A stretch of 64,000 nt of DNA from Rhodothermales bacterium (GCA_022825385.1 JAJDWX010000004.1:255-64254), one strand, 5' to 3'. Shown: positions 1 through 11,039, counted from the first letter of the stretch. The notes: a model not told the origin generated them from the letters alone. Numbers and translations: made by a program.

Positions 1-1542
1 TCCCATATGCGGACGCCAAAGCAATGCTCTTTTGATGTCTTCCTGCTCAGACGCTGCCTGTTCGGCGGAAAAGCCGAGCGCTGTCAATTTGGCCTGATCC
101 GCTGCGAGAACCTCCAGAATGTCTATCAAACCTGGATCGTCCAGCGTAACAGCCAGGTCAACACCCATATCGAAGAACGAGGCGTCTCCTTCCAGAAAAC
201 CCCGGGCCGCGTCAATCAACAGCCCCCGGCTTTCTTCCGACAACGCAAAAGCCCCTTCCCGATAACCAAACGAGGAACGCCCTGTCTTCCAGGAAACCAC
301 CAATTCAGACAGCAACTCAAGAGCATTGTCCATGTCCCAGGGCGGCGTCGTCGGCCTGACCATGGCCTGGACAAGCAACGCCACGGTAGTATCTGGAAAT
401 TGCGGCAATACCCATCTGGGCGGATCATTGCCGCACACGCCGTACCGGCCCATTCGTACAATAAATTCGATGAAATCCGGGTCCTGCAATTGCCCAATCG
501 CTTCCTCCAGGGGATACATTATATCTTCATAGTAAAAATTCTGGTACTTCTCTTTGCGTTGCATCGTCTCCTCGTACTTGTATAAAAACACCTCCGTCAG
601 AACCGCGCGCAAGGAGTCCCCTATTTGTCCCGGTTCCATGCGCCGTATCTGCTGGAGCGCTGCGAATTGACGCTCCCCCTCTTCGCCTTCTATAATGGCC
701 TGGACCTCGGTAATGAGTTCTTCCTGCGAGCGCTCCGCAATCTCCGGCAGGGAATAGTCTTCTTCCCGAAAAGGCGCATCCGACGACTCCGCCGCCTCTT
801 TCCATTGCCTCGTTGATTCTACCCTTCGCCGAACGTACGCCACCTCGTCGGCAGGGATGCCCCGTGCGATTTCCGCCGCAAAATCCGCCTCGGAATAACC
901 GCCATACTGCTTGAATAATGCATTTGACAAAAATGCGCCCGCCACAGACATGGAATACCAATCGCCATTAACAAGCATCTCTTCGCCCTTGATCACAGCG
1001 CGGCGCAAATCATCCCCCATGTCTCCCGCGGGCAGATGCATGGCCAGCCAGGCTGACGTTTTCTGACGCGCCCGGCGAACCGGTTCGAGACGACGTTCTT
1101 CCTCCCAGGTACGAGCAATCGAAAGAATATCCGCCGCAAGTTCTTCCTGCGAAAAATGCGGCTGCAAGGCGCGAATCAGTAACTGGGCCAGACTGTCCAG
1201 ACGCGGGTCGCCCGGGCGATTAGCAAGGTCGGAGACGAATGCCGCCGCATCGACAAGCGCCTCGCGCAAGGCATCGTTCATCTCTCCGGGTAAAAGCGTA
1301 CTCGCCTGAACAAGCGCCTCCCGCTGAGCAGGGGATTTCACGCCCGTCGGGATCGTACGGATTTCCTGCGTCAAGGCCTGTTGGGAGGGACGCGAAGACA
1401 AAACCGGAGTAGGAGAAGCCAACGCATCCGCCAACTCCCCCTCCCGGGGATCGACCTCCTGCGTATGCCCGCCGCCGCCGCACGCTCCCGCCAAAACAGC
1501 CAGCATAAGCCCTGCAATTACGCTATATGTTCGGACAAGCAT
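1..1542 (-). CDS. lipoprotein of unknown function (N-terminus complete, C-terminal end runs off left edge)
   Basis: Not in the ORF track because it is edge-truncated. My own minus-strand translation from the ATG at 1542 stays open to position 1 (514 codons). It begins MLVRTYSVIAGLMLAVLAGACGGGGHTQ..., i.e. a signal peptide plus lipobox (LAGAC). It starts 7 nt downstream of the 1550..3034 gene. Confidence 0.6.
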   Translation of the reverse strand, partial: MLVRTYSVIAGLMLAVLAGACGGGGHTQEVDPREGELADALASPTPVLSSRPSQQALTQEIRTIPTGVKSPAQREALVQASTLLPGEMNDALREALVDAAAFVSDLANRPGDPRLDSLAQLLIRALQPHFSQEELAADILSIARTWEEERRLEPVRRARQKTSAWLAMHLPAGDMGDDLRRAVIKGEEMLVNGDWYSMSVAGAFLSNALFKQYGGYSEADFAAEIARGIPADEVAYVRRRVESTRQWKEAAESSDAPFREEDYSLPEIAERSQEELITEVQAIIEGEEGERQFAALQQIRRMEPGQIGDSLRAVLTEVFLYKYEETMQRKEKYQNFYYEDIMYPLEEAIGQLQDPDFIEFIVRMGRYGVCGNDPPRWVLPQFPDTTVALLVQAMVRPTTPPWDMDNALELLSELVVSWKTGRSSFGYREGAFALSEESRGLLIDAARGFLEGDASFFDMGVDLAVTLDDPGLIDILEVLAADQAKLTALGFSAEQAASEQEDIKRALLWRPHMG

Positions 1543-1549
1543 AGCCCCC

Positions 1550-3034
1550 TCAACGCTTCCGAAACTCCTCCAGAATCAAATAACGCTTCCGCTCCAGCCT
1601 TTTTACGGCCCCGTCGATCCACTTGCGGCGACAAAGCAGCCCCGCCAGTCCCAGCAATGCGATCGCTATGCTGCCCCAATACATGCCCGGCAGGAGCAAT
1701 ACGAGTAAAAAGGGGACAAGTACGCCCGGCAGCACCCAAAGGCCCGTAATCCACGAATTCTTATCCCACCGAGCGGCAACGACACCAAAAACCTGGCCGT
1801 TGAGTTCAAGCCGCCTGGCGTCCAGAACCCATGTGTAGGGCACAATATATTTCAACGCTAAACCATACAAAAGCATACACCCGACAAAAAACAGCGATCC
1901 GAATCCTTTTATAATAACAAAAATGATTGCAATAAGACCAAGCGTTCCAAATAATGCTATGTTGGCAATAGAAAAACTGCTTGTCAATATTGAATGGATA
2001 GATACAGGTCGAGACATCAGGCCATCATAGAATGCGCTTCGAAAATTAAAGGCGCCCATCATAAACTGCAAACAGCCCAAAACAGGCATCAGCAGACCCA
2101 TGGTCATCTCCGTAGGAGATACATCCGACAAACTGGACATGCCAATGGCGATCCAGCCGCCGAATAATACAAAATAGGCGCTCAGAAACATCAGCATCCG
2201 GGGACGCTTGTTCCGCCAGATCAACTTCCATTCGAAAGCCAGCATTCCGTCCGCGAACGAATGCCTCAGCCCCTTCCCGACCGCCCTGGCGCGCGAGCGA
2301 GACAGGATACTGTTGTCCACGTACAACGACCGGACCACCTGCCCGGTGGATACGTACAGCGCCGCCCCGCTTGCGACGAGCGCCGCGGCCAAAGGCCAGA
2401 AAGCCCCCTCCAGCATCGCCCCGAACAACGCCATGGAAAGGCCAGACAAGGTCGAAATGTCGTACCGCCACTCCATCGCCGCCAGCCCCGCGACGACAAG
2501 AAGCGTACAAATAATGGGCAGGTAGCGCCGCGCAAGCGACATCCGCAGCATATTTACCAGAAAATGGAACCCGGCGGACAGCGCCAGAAAAAGCAGCATC
2601 CAGGCCCAGGCAAAGGGAACGCCCGCCACAAGAAAATTGCTGATCCAGAAAAATAAAACAAACAAAAACGGCAATACATTAAACTGCCCGAAAACGCTTA
2701 TCGCCTGATAAAAAAGCGCGACCTTGCCCCGACCGAGCGGGGTGGGCAGGTACGGAAACAGCGGAAGGGCTATCTGGGGGCGAAAAAGAATATCCAGGGC
2801 GCCCCATACAATGAAAAAATACAAGGCGAACCGGCTGGCGAGGGCCGCCATGTCCACGTCGAAAAAGAGTTCCCTCGCCAGCAAGCCGCCAAATAACCCG
2901 CCCGCCATCGCGTACAGATACAGCGGCATCCATACGAACAGGATGGTAAGCGCCTTCATCGCCAGTTTCATCTCCCCGAAACGGGACCGGAGAAGGCTTT
3001 TCAGGTAATTCGAGGCAAGGGAACGAATCAGCAC
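1550..3034 (-). CDS. polytopic integral membrane protein, function unknown
   Basis: 494-aa ORF with many long hydrophobic segments throughout (FVWMPLYLYAMAGGLFGGLL, FLFVLFFWISNFLVAGVPFAWAWMLLFLAL, and others). No catalytic motif recognised. Confidence 0.65.
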   Translation of the reverse strand: MLIRSLASNYLKSLLRSRFGEMKLAMKALTILFVWMPLYLYAMAGGLFGGLLARELFFDVDMAALASRFALYFFIVWGALDILFRPQIALPLFPYLPTPLGRGKVALFYQAISVFGQFNVLPFLFVLFFWISNFLVAGVPFAWAWMLLFLALSAGFHFLVNMLRMSLARRYLPIICTLLVVAGLAAMEWRYDISTLSGLSMALFGAMLEGAFWPLAAALVASGAALYVSTGQVVRSLYVDNSILSRSRARAVGKGLRHSFADGMLAFEWKLIWRNKRPRMLMFLSAYFVLFGGWIAIGMSSLSDVSPTEMTMGLLMPVLGCLQFMMGAFNFRSAFYDGLMSRPVSIHSILTSSFSIANIALFGTLGLIAIIFVIIKGFGSLFFVGCMLLYGLALKYIVPYTWVLDARRLELNGQVFGVVAARWDKNSWITGLWVLPGVLVPFLLVLLLPGMYWGSIAIALLGLAGLLCRRKWIDGAVKRLERKRYLILEEFRKR

Positions 3035-3191
3035 GAGACAAGGATAAACAGGTTAACGCTTTGGGATGCAAGCCAGCATTCGAAGGCCCGCGCCCGCCGC
3101 ACAGGTACGATCAAAATTACTTCCTGCGCCCAGGAGCGAAGCCAACCCGCAAAAGCGATTTGCAGTTCCGCCCGGGTTCGCTTTTCCACCC

Positions 3192-6062
3192 TCAGTTATC
3201 CGCTTCCCCGGACGCCTCCGAATCCGCCGACGCCTCCGGGTACAACACGAATTTTGCGTACTGGTCCTCGCGCAAGTACCGGTTCGCGGCTTCCTGCACC
3301 TGCTGCGCCGTCCACCCGTCGATCAGGTCATAGGAAGGGATCGTCCCCAGGTCGCGCCCCTGCTCATCCATGCCCTCCATCCTACCAAGCCAGTAGCCGT
3401 TTTCGCGCAGGTTCGTCTCCTTTGCGCGCCGCTGCGATTCGCGCACCTTGTCCACGGTTTCCGCATCGGGCCCCTCGGTCCTGATCCGCGCGATTTCCTC
3501 GAATACGACTTCCGCCAATTCCTCGGCCCGCTCCGGAGCCGAACCGAAATTGATCGTTACGGAATACTCCTCGTCCGGGCGGTACGCCAGCGAACTGCCC
3601 ACGCCTACGCCGTACGTCCCGCCCAAATCCTCCCGCAACAATTCGCGAAGCCGAATTTCCAGCACGCTGGCCAGCGCGCCCAGCGCAATCGATTCTTCGG
3701 GAGAATACGCGCCTTCGCCCGCAAACACGATCTGCGTCCGGCTTTGCGGCTCCATGCCCTTGTACACGGCCTTTTCGATCACGCCGGACGGCGGGTCCAC
3801 GCCCAGATCGCGCCAGGTTTCCTCGCGCCCAAGGTTCGGCAACGCCCCAAGATATCGCTCGACCAGCGGGCGAATGCCCTCCAGATCGAACGCGCCCACG
3901 AAATAGAAGGTAAAATCGCTTGCATCCGCAAAACGGTCCTGGTAAAAAGCAAAGGCCCGGTCCAGATCGAGCTCCGCAAGGCGCTCCCGGGTAAACGGCT
4001 GCGACGCTCGCGGATGCCCCTGCGTCATCGTGGCCCGGATCGTATCCGAGAACGCCACATTCGGGTTGGCCTCCCGATTCGCCAGCACCCCGTCCATGAG
4101 CGCCTTGTACGCCTCGAACGCCATTTCGTCCTTGCGCGGCGCCGTGAAGTACAAATATACCAGTTGGAACGCTGTTTCCAGGTCTTGGGGCGACGCAAAC
4201 CCGTTGATGATCTCGCTCAGCGAACCCAACCCGGGAGAAACGCCCGCCACCTTGCCCGACAGTTTCTTTTCCAGCGCCGTATCGTCGAACGCGCCCACCC
4301 CGGAGCGAACCACAAAGGTAGCCGCCCGATTCGTGCTTGGATAATGTTCGTCGGACCCCAGCGACGAGCCCCCCGGACTCGTTGCCGAAAACAGCACCTC
4401 GTCGTCCTTGAAATCGGTGGGCTTAAGCAATACGCGCACGCCATTCTCCAGCGTCCAGATCGTAATGTCCACCTCTTCCACGGTCTCTTGGGCCACCACC
4501 GGAGACCCCTCCGGCAACGTCGGCACAAGCGGCGCGTCGACTACCGCGTCGTCGTACGGTTCGACGTCCGCCGCGGCCACCGCCTCGAACAGCGCGGTCA
4601 GGTCGTCCTCTCCGGGCGTCTCGACGCCTTCCTTTTCGGGGCCGCTCGCCAGCACCACGCGCCCCTCTTCCGCCAGCCATTGTCCGGCGAATACATTCGT
4701 TTCCTCCAGCGTAATCCCGGGCAACAGGGCACGGACGATCTCCACCTCCGTTTCAATGTCCGGATACGGATAACCATGCAGGAACACCTGCGCGTATCCG
4801 CCGGCCAGCGCGCCCGATTCCCGATTTTCGCGCTCCGCAAGGCTCTGCTCGTAGCCCCGGAGCAAATCGACCTTCTGACGCTCGAATTCGGTGGGCGTAA
4901 ACCCGTGCCGCACCACCCGCTCCGCCTCGGTAAGCAGCGCGCGCAGGCCCGCCTCCACGCCGCCCTCCGAAACAATGGCCACAAGTTGATACGCGTCGAT
5001 GACCCGAACAAATCCACCCTGTCCGGAAAACGCGAACAAAAACGGCGGATCCGCCTGCTGGGTCAGTTCCTGCAAGCGCGCGTTCAGCATGCCCGAATAC
5101 AGACTCTGAACAAGCCCCCGCCGAAAGTCCGCAACGGTCCCGTGCGGCGCGCGCGGCTGCTTGTACAAAACGCCCGCCTGAGACATTTGCGCCTCCTCGT
5201 CCGTCGCAATCGCCACCAGGGGAGGATGGTCCAGGGGCACGTCGGCGAACGTCCGGGGCCGGGCATCGTCCGGCCCGGTCAAATCCCCGAACGTATCGCG
5301 TATCGTCGCCTCGATTGCGTCCCCGTCGAAATCCCCCACCGCCACGACGCCCATCAGGTCCGGCCGGTACCAGTCCCGGTAAAACCGCCGCAGCGTCTCC
5401 GCCGGCGCATGCTCGATGATTTCCGGCTCCCCGATGGGCAAACGCTCCGCGTACAACGAACCGTGCAGCATCACCGGGAGCTGCTTGTCCTGCATCCGCG
5501 CCGCCGCGCCGCGTCGCAACCGCCACTCCTCGATCACCACGCCCCGTTCCTTCTCCACCTCCTCGTCCTCGAAAAGTACGCCCCCCGCCCAGTCCCGGAG
5601 AATCCGAAAGCCGGTCGCAAGCGCCTCGGGATCGTCCAGCGGCACTTGCAGCATGTAGACCGTTTCGTCGAAACTCGTATAGGCGTTCAGATCGGGGCCG
5701 AACTGCATGCCGATCGACTCCAGATAATCGACCAGTTCCTGCTTTTCGAAGCGTTCGGTGCCGTTGAACGCCATGTGCTCCACGAAATGGGCCAGCCCGC
5801 GCTGGTCCTCGTCCTCGACGATAGACCCCGCATTCACGATGAGGCGCAATTCGGCGCGATTCTCCGGCCTGTCGTTCTCCTGTACGAAATAACGCAGTCC
5901 ATTATCCAGCTGACCGACCGCAACCGAGGAATCCGGCGGAATGGGGTCCTCCGGCGACCATGTCTGCGCCGCCGCATCGGTCCGGGGGGCAAAAAACAAC
6001 AGGCCGGCGCACAAGAATGAAACCAAGCGAGCCGCCGCCCGGAAACGCAAGAAATACGTCAT
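3192..6062 (-). CDS. M16 (pitrilysin/insulinase) family zinc peptidase, two-domain, secreted
   Basis: The HxxEH motif is present in GLAHFVEHMAFNGTERF. The ~950-aa length fits tandem M16 halves. The likely start is the Met at 6062 (MTYFLRF...), followed by a signal peptide (LLFFAPRTDAAAQ). The track ORF extends to 6155. Confidence 0.9.
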   Translation of the reverse strand: MTYFLRFRAAARLVSFLCAGLLFFAPRTDAAAQTWSPEDPIPPDSSVAVGQLDNGLRYFVQENDRPENRAELRLIVNAGSIVEDEDQRGLAHFVEHMAFNGTERFEKQELVDYLESIGMQFGPDLNAYTSFDETVYMLQVPLDDPEALATGFRILRDWAGGVLFEDEEVEKERGVVIEEWRLRRGAAARMQDKQLPVMLHGSLYAERLPIGEPEIIEHAPAETLRRFYRDWYRPDLMGVVAVGDFDGDAIEATIRDTFGDLTGPDDARPRTFADVPLDHPPLVAIATDEEAQMSQAGVLYKQPRAPHGTVADFRRGLVQSLYSGMLNARLQELTQQADPPFLFAFSGQGGFVRVIDAYQLVAIVSEGGVEAGLRALLTEAERVVRHGFTPTEFERQKVDLLRGYEQSLAERENRESGALAGGYAQVFLHGYPYPDIETEVEIVRALLPGITLEETNVFAGQWLAEEGRVVLASGPEKEGVETPGEDDLTALFEAVAAADVEPYDDAVVDAPLVPTLPEGSPVVAQETVEEVDITIWTLENGVRVLLKPTDFKDDEVLFSATSPGGSSLGSDEHYPSTNRAATFVVRSGVGAFDDTALEKKLSGKVAGVSPGLGSLSEIINGFASPQDLETAFQLVYLYFTAPRKDEMAFEAYKALMDGVLANREANPNVAFSDTIRATMTQGHPRASQPFTRERLAELDLDRAFAFYQDRFADASDFTFYFVGAFDLEGIRPLVERYLGALPNLGREETWRDLGVDPPSGVIEKAVYKGMEPQSRTQIVFAGEGAYSPEESIALGALASVLEIRLRELLREDLGGTYGVGVGSSLAYRPDEEYSVTINFGSAPERAEELAEVVFEEIARIRTEGPDAETVDKVRESQRRAKETNLRENGYWLGRMEGMDEQGRDLGTIPSYDLIDGWTAQQVQEAANRYLREDQYAKFVLYPEASADSEASGEADN

Positions 6063-6072
6063 GGCTACTGCG

Positions 6073-6438
6073 CTATTCCGCCGCCGCAGGCGGATCTTTG
6101 CGAAAACTCTCGGCCGCCGCCGATACCGAATCGTAGGCGGTAAACACCGGGCCAAGCAAACGGGTCATCATAAACAGGTTGCGAACGCGCTTCTCCATAT
6201 TGGCCAGCCGCACCTCGCCGCCCGCCTTGCGCATGGTCGTCAACCCGCCGATCAGCGCGCCGATGCCGGAAGAATCCATAAACTCCGTTTCTCCCAGGTC
6301 GATGACCACGTTGACCTTGCCGGATTCCTTGAGTTGGTCCAGCGCGTCCTTGAGTTCGGAGCCGTGCACGCTACCGAGAAACTTGCCCTTGATCTGGACA
6401 ATGGACGCCTGGTACTGATCTTGAACGCTGATGCTCAT
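6073..6438 (-). CDS. STAS-domain protein (anti-sigma-factor antagonist, SpoIIAA-like)
   Basis: [22 protein letters not shown]...[23 protein letters not shown]...VRLANM is a typical STAS fold signature. The start was trimmed to the Met at 6438. Confidence 0.8.
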   Translation of the reverse strand: MSISVQDQYQASIVQIKGKFLGSVHGSELKDALDQLKESGKVNVVIDLGETEFMDSSGIGALIGGLTTMRKAGGEVRLANMEKRVRNLFMMTRLLGPVFTAYDSVSAAAESFRKDPPAAAE

Positions 6439-6583
6439 GTCGAAAAGAGTTTTCGCGCGCCCTTGCATGGCGCTAATGAAACAAAGCGATGCGACGCGCG
6501 AGACGGAAATTCCGCCGCCGCGCACATCTCCGCACCCTGTGCGTATGTTATGGGGCGTAAGGTACGCAAAACCGCAAACATTT

Positions 6584-8662
6584 ATGCAGCATATCGCAGA
6601 AACCGGCTCCGCGTTTCGTTTAACGTCGCCTTTTCAGCCCACGGGCGACCAGCCCCGGGCCATCGACGAACTTACCGAAGGCGTACTGCGCGGCGATCCC
6701 GCCCAGGTCCTCTTGGGCGCCACGGGCACGGGAAAAACGTTCTCCATGGCCCATGTGATCCAGCGCGTCGGGCGGCCCACGCTGATCATGAGCCACAACA
6801 AAACGCTCGCCGCGCAATTGTACGCGGAACTCAAATCCTTCTTCCCGGAGAACGCCGTCGAATTCTTCATCTCCTATTACGACTACTACCAGCCCGAAGC
6901 CTACATCGTACCGACGGATACGTACATCGAAAAAGACATGTCGATCAACGACCGGATCGACCGCCTCCGGCTGCGCGCCACCAGTTCGCTCGTATCGGGG
7001 CGAAGCGACGTGATCGTCGTAGCCAGCGTGTCCTGCATCTACGGCCTCGGCTCGCCCGAAGAATATCGCTCGGAAATCGTGCAGGTCAAGCGGGGACAGG
7101 ACGTCCCCCGCAACGACCTGCTGCGCCGCCTCGTTCATATCTACTATGCGCGAAACGACGTGGAATTCGCGCCGGGCGCCTTCCGGGTGCGAGGCGACGT
7201 GGTGGAAATCTGGCCGGCCTATTCGGAAGAAACCGCCTGCCGGATCGAGTTCTGGGGAGACGAAGTGGAAAAAATCACCTGGTTCGAGGCCCGAACGGGG
7301 CATACGCTGCGGGAAGAAAGCTACCTCACCATCTATCCGGCCAAACTCTTCGTCACCCCGAAAGAAAAAATGGCGGGGATCGTCGCCGGGATCGAGGACG
7401 AATTGCGATGGCGCCTGAGCGTGCTCCGCGCCGAGGGGCGGCTCCTCGAAGCGCAGCGCCTCGAACAACGCACCCGGTTCGACCTCGAAATGATGAAGGA
7501 AGTCGGGTACTGCTCCGGCGTCGAAAACTATTCGCGGCACCTGTCGGGGCGCGAGCCGGGCCAGCGTCCGTACTGCCTGTTCGATTATTTTCCGGACGAC
7601 ATGCTCCTCGTCATCGACGAAAGCCATGTAACCATCCCGCAGGTACGGGCCATGTACAATGGAGACCGCGCCCGCAAACTCGTCCTCGTGGAGCACGGAT
7701 TCCGGCTGCCTTCCGCCCTGGACAACCGCCCCATGACGTTCGAGGAATTCGAGTCGGAAAGCCCGCAAGTCATTTACGTCAGCGCGACGCCAAGCGATTA
7801 CGAAATGGAAAAAAGCGGCGGCGTATTCGTGGAGCAAATCATCCGGCCCACCGGCATCCCCGACCCCGAAGTAGACGTGCGGCCCTCGGAGAACCAGATC
7901 GACGACCTGCTCGAAGAAATTCGCCAGCGGACGCAGGCAAAGGAGCGGACGCTCGTAACCACGCTCACGAAACGCATGGCCGAGGACCTAAGCGACTATC
8001 TGGCCTCGCACGGAGTGGCCGTGCGCTACATGCATTCGGACATCGACGCGCTGGAGCGGGTGGAAATTTTGCGCGACTTGCGCCTGGGCGCATTCGACGT
8101 GCTGGTGGGCGTGAACCTGCTCCGGGAGGGGCTTGACCTGCCCGAAGTTTCGCTCGTAGCCATCATCGACGCGGACAAGGAGGGCTTCCTGCGCAGCGAA
8201 CGCTCCCTGATTCAGACCGCAGGGCGCGCGGCCCGCAACGCGAACGGCGCCATTGTGATGTACGCGGACAGAATCACGGGCTCCATGCAAAAAATGATGA
8301 ACGAAACCGAGCGGCGCCGCAAAATCCAGCTCGCCTGGAACAAGCGACGCCAAATCACGCCGGAAACCATCTACAAATCGCACGAAGAGATTCGCAAGGG
8401 AACGATCATCGCCGAAGAACGGGCGACCTACGAAGTGCAGCCGGAGCGCTACTATAGCGGTCCGAAACAGCTCGGGGACGTCGTGGACCCGGTCGTAAAA
8501 CATCTCGACGACGACCAGAAGCGCGATCTCGCAGACCAGATGCGCAAGGAGATGCGGCGCGCCGCCGAGGCGCTGGATTTCGAAAAGGCCGCCCGGCTAC
8601 GCGACGAAATCGAACAGATCGAGGCCCTGCTGAACCCGAAAAAGGAAACCGCCGCCCGATGA
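6584..8662 (+). CDS. uvrB: excinuclease ABC subunit B
   Basis: [20 protein letters not shown], Walker [10 protein letters not shown], helicase motifs, and the C-terminal UVR motif [17 protein letters not shown]. The start was trimmed to the ATG at 6584 (MQHIAETGS). Confidence 0.95.
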   Translation: MQHIAETGSAFRLTSPFQPTGDQPRAIDELTEGVLRGDPAQVLLGATGTGKTFSMAHVIQRVGRPTLIMSHNKTLAAQLYAELKSFFPENAVEFFISYYDYYQPEAYIVPTDTYIEKDMSINDRIDRLRLRATSSLVSGRSDVIVVASVSCIYGLGSPEEYRSEIVQVKRGQDVPRNDLLRRLVHIYYARNDVEFAPGAFRVRGDVVEIWPAYSEETACRIEFWGDEVEKITWFEARTGHTLREESYLTIYPAKLFVTPKEKMAGIVAGIEDELRWRLSVLRAEGRLLEAQRLEQRTRFDLEMMKEVGYCSGVENYSRHLSGREPGQRPYCLFDYFPDDMLLVIDESHVTIPQVRAMYNGDRARKLVLVEHGFRLPSALDNRPMTFEEFESESPQVIYVSATPSDYEMEKSGGVFVEQIIRPTGIPDPEVDVRPSENQIDDLLEEIRQRTQAKERTLVTTLTKRMAEDLSDYLASHGVAVRYMHSDIDALERVEILRDLRLGAFDVLVGVNLLREGLDLPEVSLVAIIDADKEGFLRSERSLIQTAGRAARNANGAIVMYADRITGSMQKMMNETERRRKIQLAWNKRRQITPETIYKSHEEIRKGTIIAEERATYEVQPERYYSGPKQLGDVVDPVVKHLDDDQKRDLADQMRKEMRRAAEALDFEKAARLRDEIEQIEALLNPKKETAAR

Positions 8663-8823
8663 CGCGACGGAACCGGCCTGCCCGTCGCGCGTTGACTGTC
8701 CGCTGTTTTTGTGGGTACACGCTCCGATTACCCGCAATAATGTACGCGATTACGTGCGCGGTCCCGATACCCGGCGCGTACGCCTCTGCAATATCCTCTA
8801 CAAGATTGTTTCCGCCGCTTGCG

Positions 8824-9063
8824 ATGAAAAAAGACATACACCCCGCGTACAAGAAACTCAAGGTCCAGCTGGCCAACGGCGACACCTTCGAAACGCGCTC
8901 GACCATGGCGACCGACCTGCACAAATCCGAGGTCGATTCGACGAATCATCCCTTCTATACGGGCCGGCGGCAATACGTGGACACCGCCGGACGCGTCGAA
9001 AAATTCCGGCGGCGCTATGGCGTCAAGGCAGACCCCGAAGAAGCCGAAACCGAAACCGCCTGA
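8824..9063 (+). CDS. rpmE: 50S ribosomal protein L31
   Basis: MKKDIHPAYKKLKVQLANGDTFETRST...HPFYTGRRQYVDTAGRVEKFRRRYG. The start was trimmed to the ATG at 8824. Confidence 0.9.
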   Translation: MKKDIHPAYKKLKVQLANGDTFETRSTMATDLHKSEVDSTNHPFYTGRRQYVDTAGRVEKFRRRYGVKADPEEAETETA

Positions 9064-9330
9064 TCTCCCGGCGAGCGCGTTTCCGCCCGTCTCGCTCCCC
9101 TTCCGCTATTTCGCAGCGCGCCGGCGATCGCCGCAACGCGTAAGGCGACGCCCGCCCGCATCCCTGCCCCGCGCCGCTCCTCCCTGGCGCATGGGCACCC
9201 TGTGCGATATTCGGTCCCGCGCGGCGGCAACCAATTCGGCGAATCCTTCCGAGACGCTTTTCGTAACATCCTTGAGGAATTCGTTATATTTTATCCATTC
9301 GCCCGCTCCCGTAAGCAAACCCTGCGCGTC

Positions 9331-10092
9331 ATGTCTGTCTGGTCCCGGTTCACCCGTTTCATCAAATCCATTTTCGGGGGAGCCATTTCGGCAATGGAGA
9401 ATCCCCGTCTCATTCTGGAGCAGAATATTCGGGAATTGAACGATCAAGTGCCGAAAATGAACGAGAACATCGCCAGCGTCAAGGCGAATGTGATTCTGCT
9501 GCAAAAGCACCTGAAGCGGGCGGAAAGCGAAGTCGCCGGACTGGTGGCCAAGGTAAAAGCCGGCATCCAGGCGGGCCGCGACGACATTGCGCAGCGCTAT
9601 GCGTTGCAGCTCGAAAAAGCGCGGGAATCCGCCGCAAGCACCCGGGAGCAACTCGTGCACGCTTCGGCGGCCTACGACAAGGCGCTCCAGGTCAAAAAAG
9701 CCTTCATGCGGGAAAAAGATCGCAAGATACAGGAGGCGAAACACGCCCTGCGAGAGCACGAGCGGGCGCAATGGCAGTCGAAGATCGCCGATACGCTGGA
9801 GCAATTCGAGGTGACGGGCATCGACCATACCCACGACGAAATGCTCCAGCGCCTGCAGGAAGACACAGCCCACAGCGAAGCCCGGCTGGAAATGGCGCTC
9901 GACTCCACGGACCAGGACGCGCTGCGGATCGAAGAGGACGCCGAAGAAATTCGCGCCTCGGAAATCGTCAAGCAACTCAAGGCGGAAATGGGCATGGCGG
10001 AAATCGCCGGGGACAACGAGGCGGAAGCGTCCGACGAGGAAGCGATAAAATCAGCGAAAACCATCGGCAAACAACGCGCAGGCGGAGCATAG
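9331..10092 (+). CDS. PspA/IM30 family membrane-stress protein
   Basis: MSVWSRFTRFIKSIFGGAISAMENPRLILEQNIRELNDQVPKMNENIASVKAN... is the canonical PspA/IM30 N-terminus with long coiled coils. ATG at 9331. Confidence 0.85.
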   Translation: MSVWSRFTRFIKSIFGGAISAMENPRLILEQNIRELNDQVPKMNENIASVKANVILLQKHLKRAESEVAGLVAKVKAGIQAGRDDIAQRYALQLEKARESAASTREQLVHASAAYDKALQVKKAFMREKDRKIQEAKHALREHERAQWQSKIADTLEQFEVTGIDHTHDEMLQRLQEDTAHSEARLEMALDSTDQDALRIEEDAEEIRASEIVKQLKAEMGMAEIAGDNEAEASDEEAIKSAKTIGKQRAGGA

Positions 10093-10167
10093 GCCACCCG
10101 GCGGCTATCCTGCGCGGACCGCATACGGAACCCCGCCTCGCCGCAGGCGAAGACCGAGGAGCATGAC

Positions 10168-11034
10168 GTGAGTTATCAGGAAATAAATTACACGAAAGAG
10201 GCTTTTCTGAATCCGCTGAATCTCGGATTCCTGATCGCAGCCATGCTCACGGCGTTTTTCCTGAGCGACGCGGGGGGAACGGTTTTCGATGTCGCGCTGA
10301 TCATGAGTTTCGCGGCGGAACTCATCTATCTGGGCGCCATGCCCCGCAACAAACGCTTTCGCCGAAGCGTCCGGGCGCGCCGCGCCGCCGAACACGCCAA
10401 GCCCCCGTCCACCAAGGAAATGTTTCGCCTGCTGACCAAATCCAGTCAGCGGCGCTACGTACGCCTTCGGAAACTCGAAAAAGAGATTTCCGCCCATTAC
10501 CGCAAGCTGAGTTACGCAACGCAGGGCTTGCTGGAAAGCCATCTCAGGAAGATCGACGGGCTGCTGAATTCATACCTGAATATGCTGTACCAGAAGCAGC
10601 GATACGAACTTTCGACGCACAGCAGCCGGGAACGGGAAGTGGTCCAGTCCATTGCGCACCTTCGCACCGACATGCTGGACGATTCCGAGAAGGTGCGGGC
10701 CATCAAGCAGCGTCGCCTCCGGGTGCTGGAACAGCGCTTGCAGCGTTTCAAGAAAGGCGTGGAGCATCTGGAGGTTCTCGATGCGCAAATCGAGACGATC
10801 GAGGACGTCGTAAAGTATATTCACGAACAATCCCTGACGCTCCGCAATCCAGAGGAGATCACGTTCCAGCTCGACACGCTGCTGCAGGAAGTAGGGGAAA
10901 CGGAGGCCGCCATCTCTGAAATCGAGGACATCTTCGCGCCCACCGCGAACCTGCTGGACGATATGACCCGCTTCCAGCCCGAAGAGGACGCCGGCGACGC
11001 GCTCCATTCCAGCGTCTCGCGCACAAGAACCTGA
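10168..11034 (+). CDS. membrane-anchored coiled-coil protein, function unknown (co-directional with the PspA-like gene)
   Basis: GTG start. Two N-terminal hydrophobic segments (LNLGFLIAAMLTAFFL, VALIMSFAAELIYLGAM) are followed by a helical, charged region. Confidence 0.6.
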   Translation: MSYQEINYTKEAFLNPLNLGFLIAAMLTAFFLSDAGGTVFDVALIMSFAAELIYLGAMPRNKRFRRSVRARRAAEHAKPPSTKEMFRLLTKSSQRRYVRLRKLEKEISAHYRKLSYATQGLLESHLRKIDGLLNSYLNMLYQKQRYELSTHSSREREVVQSIAHLRTDMLDDSEKVRAIKQRRLRVLEQRLQRFKKGVEHLEVLDAQIETIEDVVKYIHEQSLTLRNPEEITFQLDTLLQEVGETEAAISEIEDIFAPTANLLDDMTRFQPEEDAGDALHSSVSRTRT

Positions 11035-11039
11035 CGCGA

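Noticed and set aside
3066-6020. 984-aa ORF on the plus strand
   Set aside because: It lies exactly antisense to the well-supported M16 peptidase gene. Its composition is extreme in Arg/Pro/Leu/His/Gln, with no motifs. This is a typical high-GC antisense shadow ORF.
5941-8136. 731-aa plus-strand ORF overlapping the STAS gene and uvrB
   Set aside because: It is an alternative frame of uvrB, Arg/Pro/Gly/Ala-rich, whereas the uvrB frame has unmistakable motifs. The same reasoning rejects other long shadow ORFs: 6620..7837(-), 10821..12224(-), 23183..24787(+), 23403..25367(-), 24845..26236(+), 27274..28434(-), 27279..28712(+), 28433..31321(+), 32739..33749(+), 33625..34977(+), 35015..36430(+), 36427..38163(+), 38245..39903(+), 39635..41746(+), 41983..44034(-), 44287..45264(+), 45362..46909(-).
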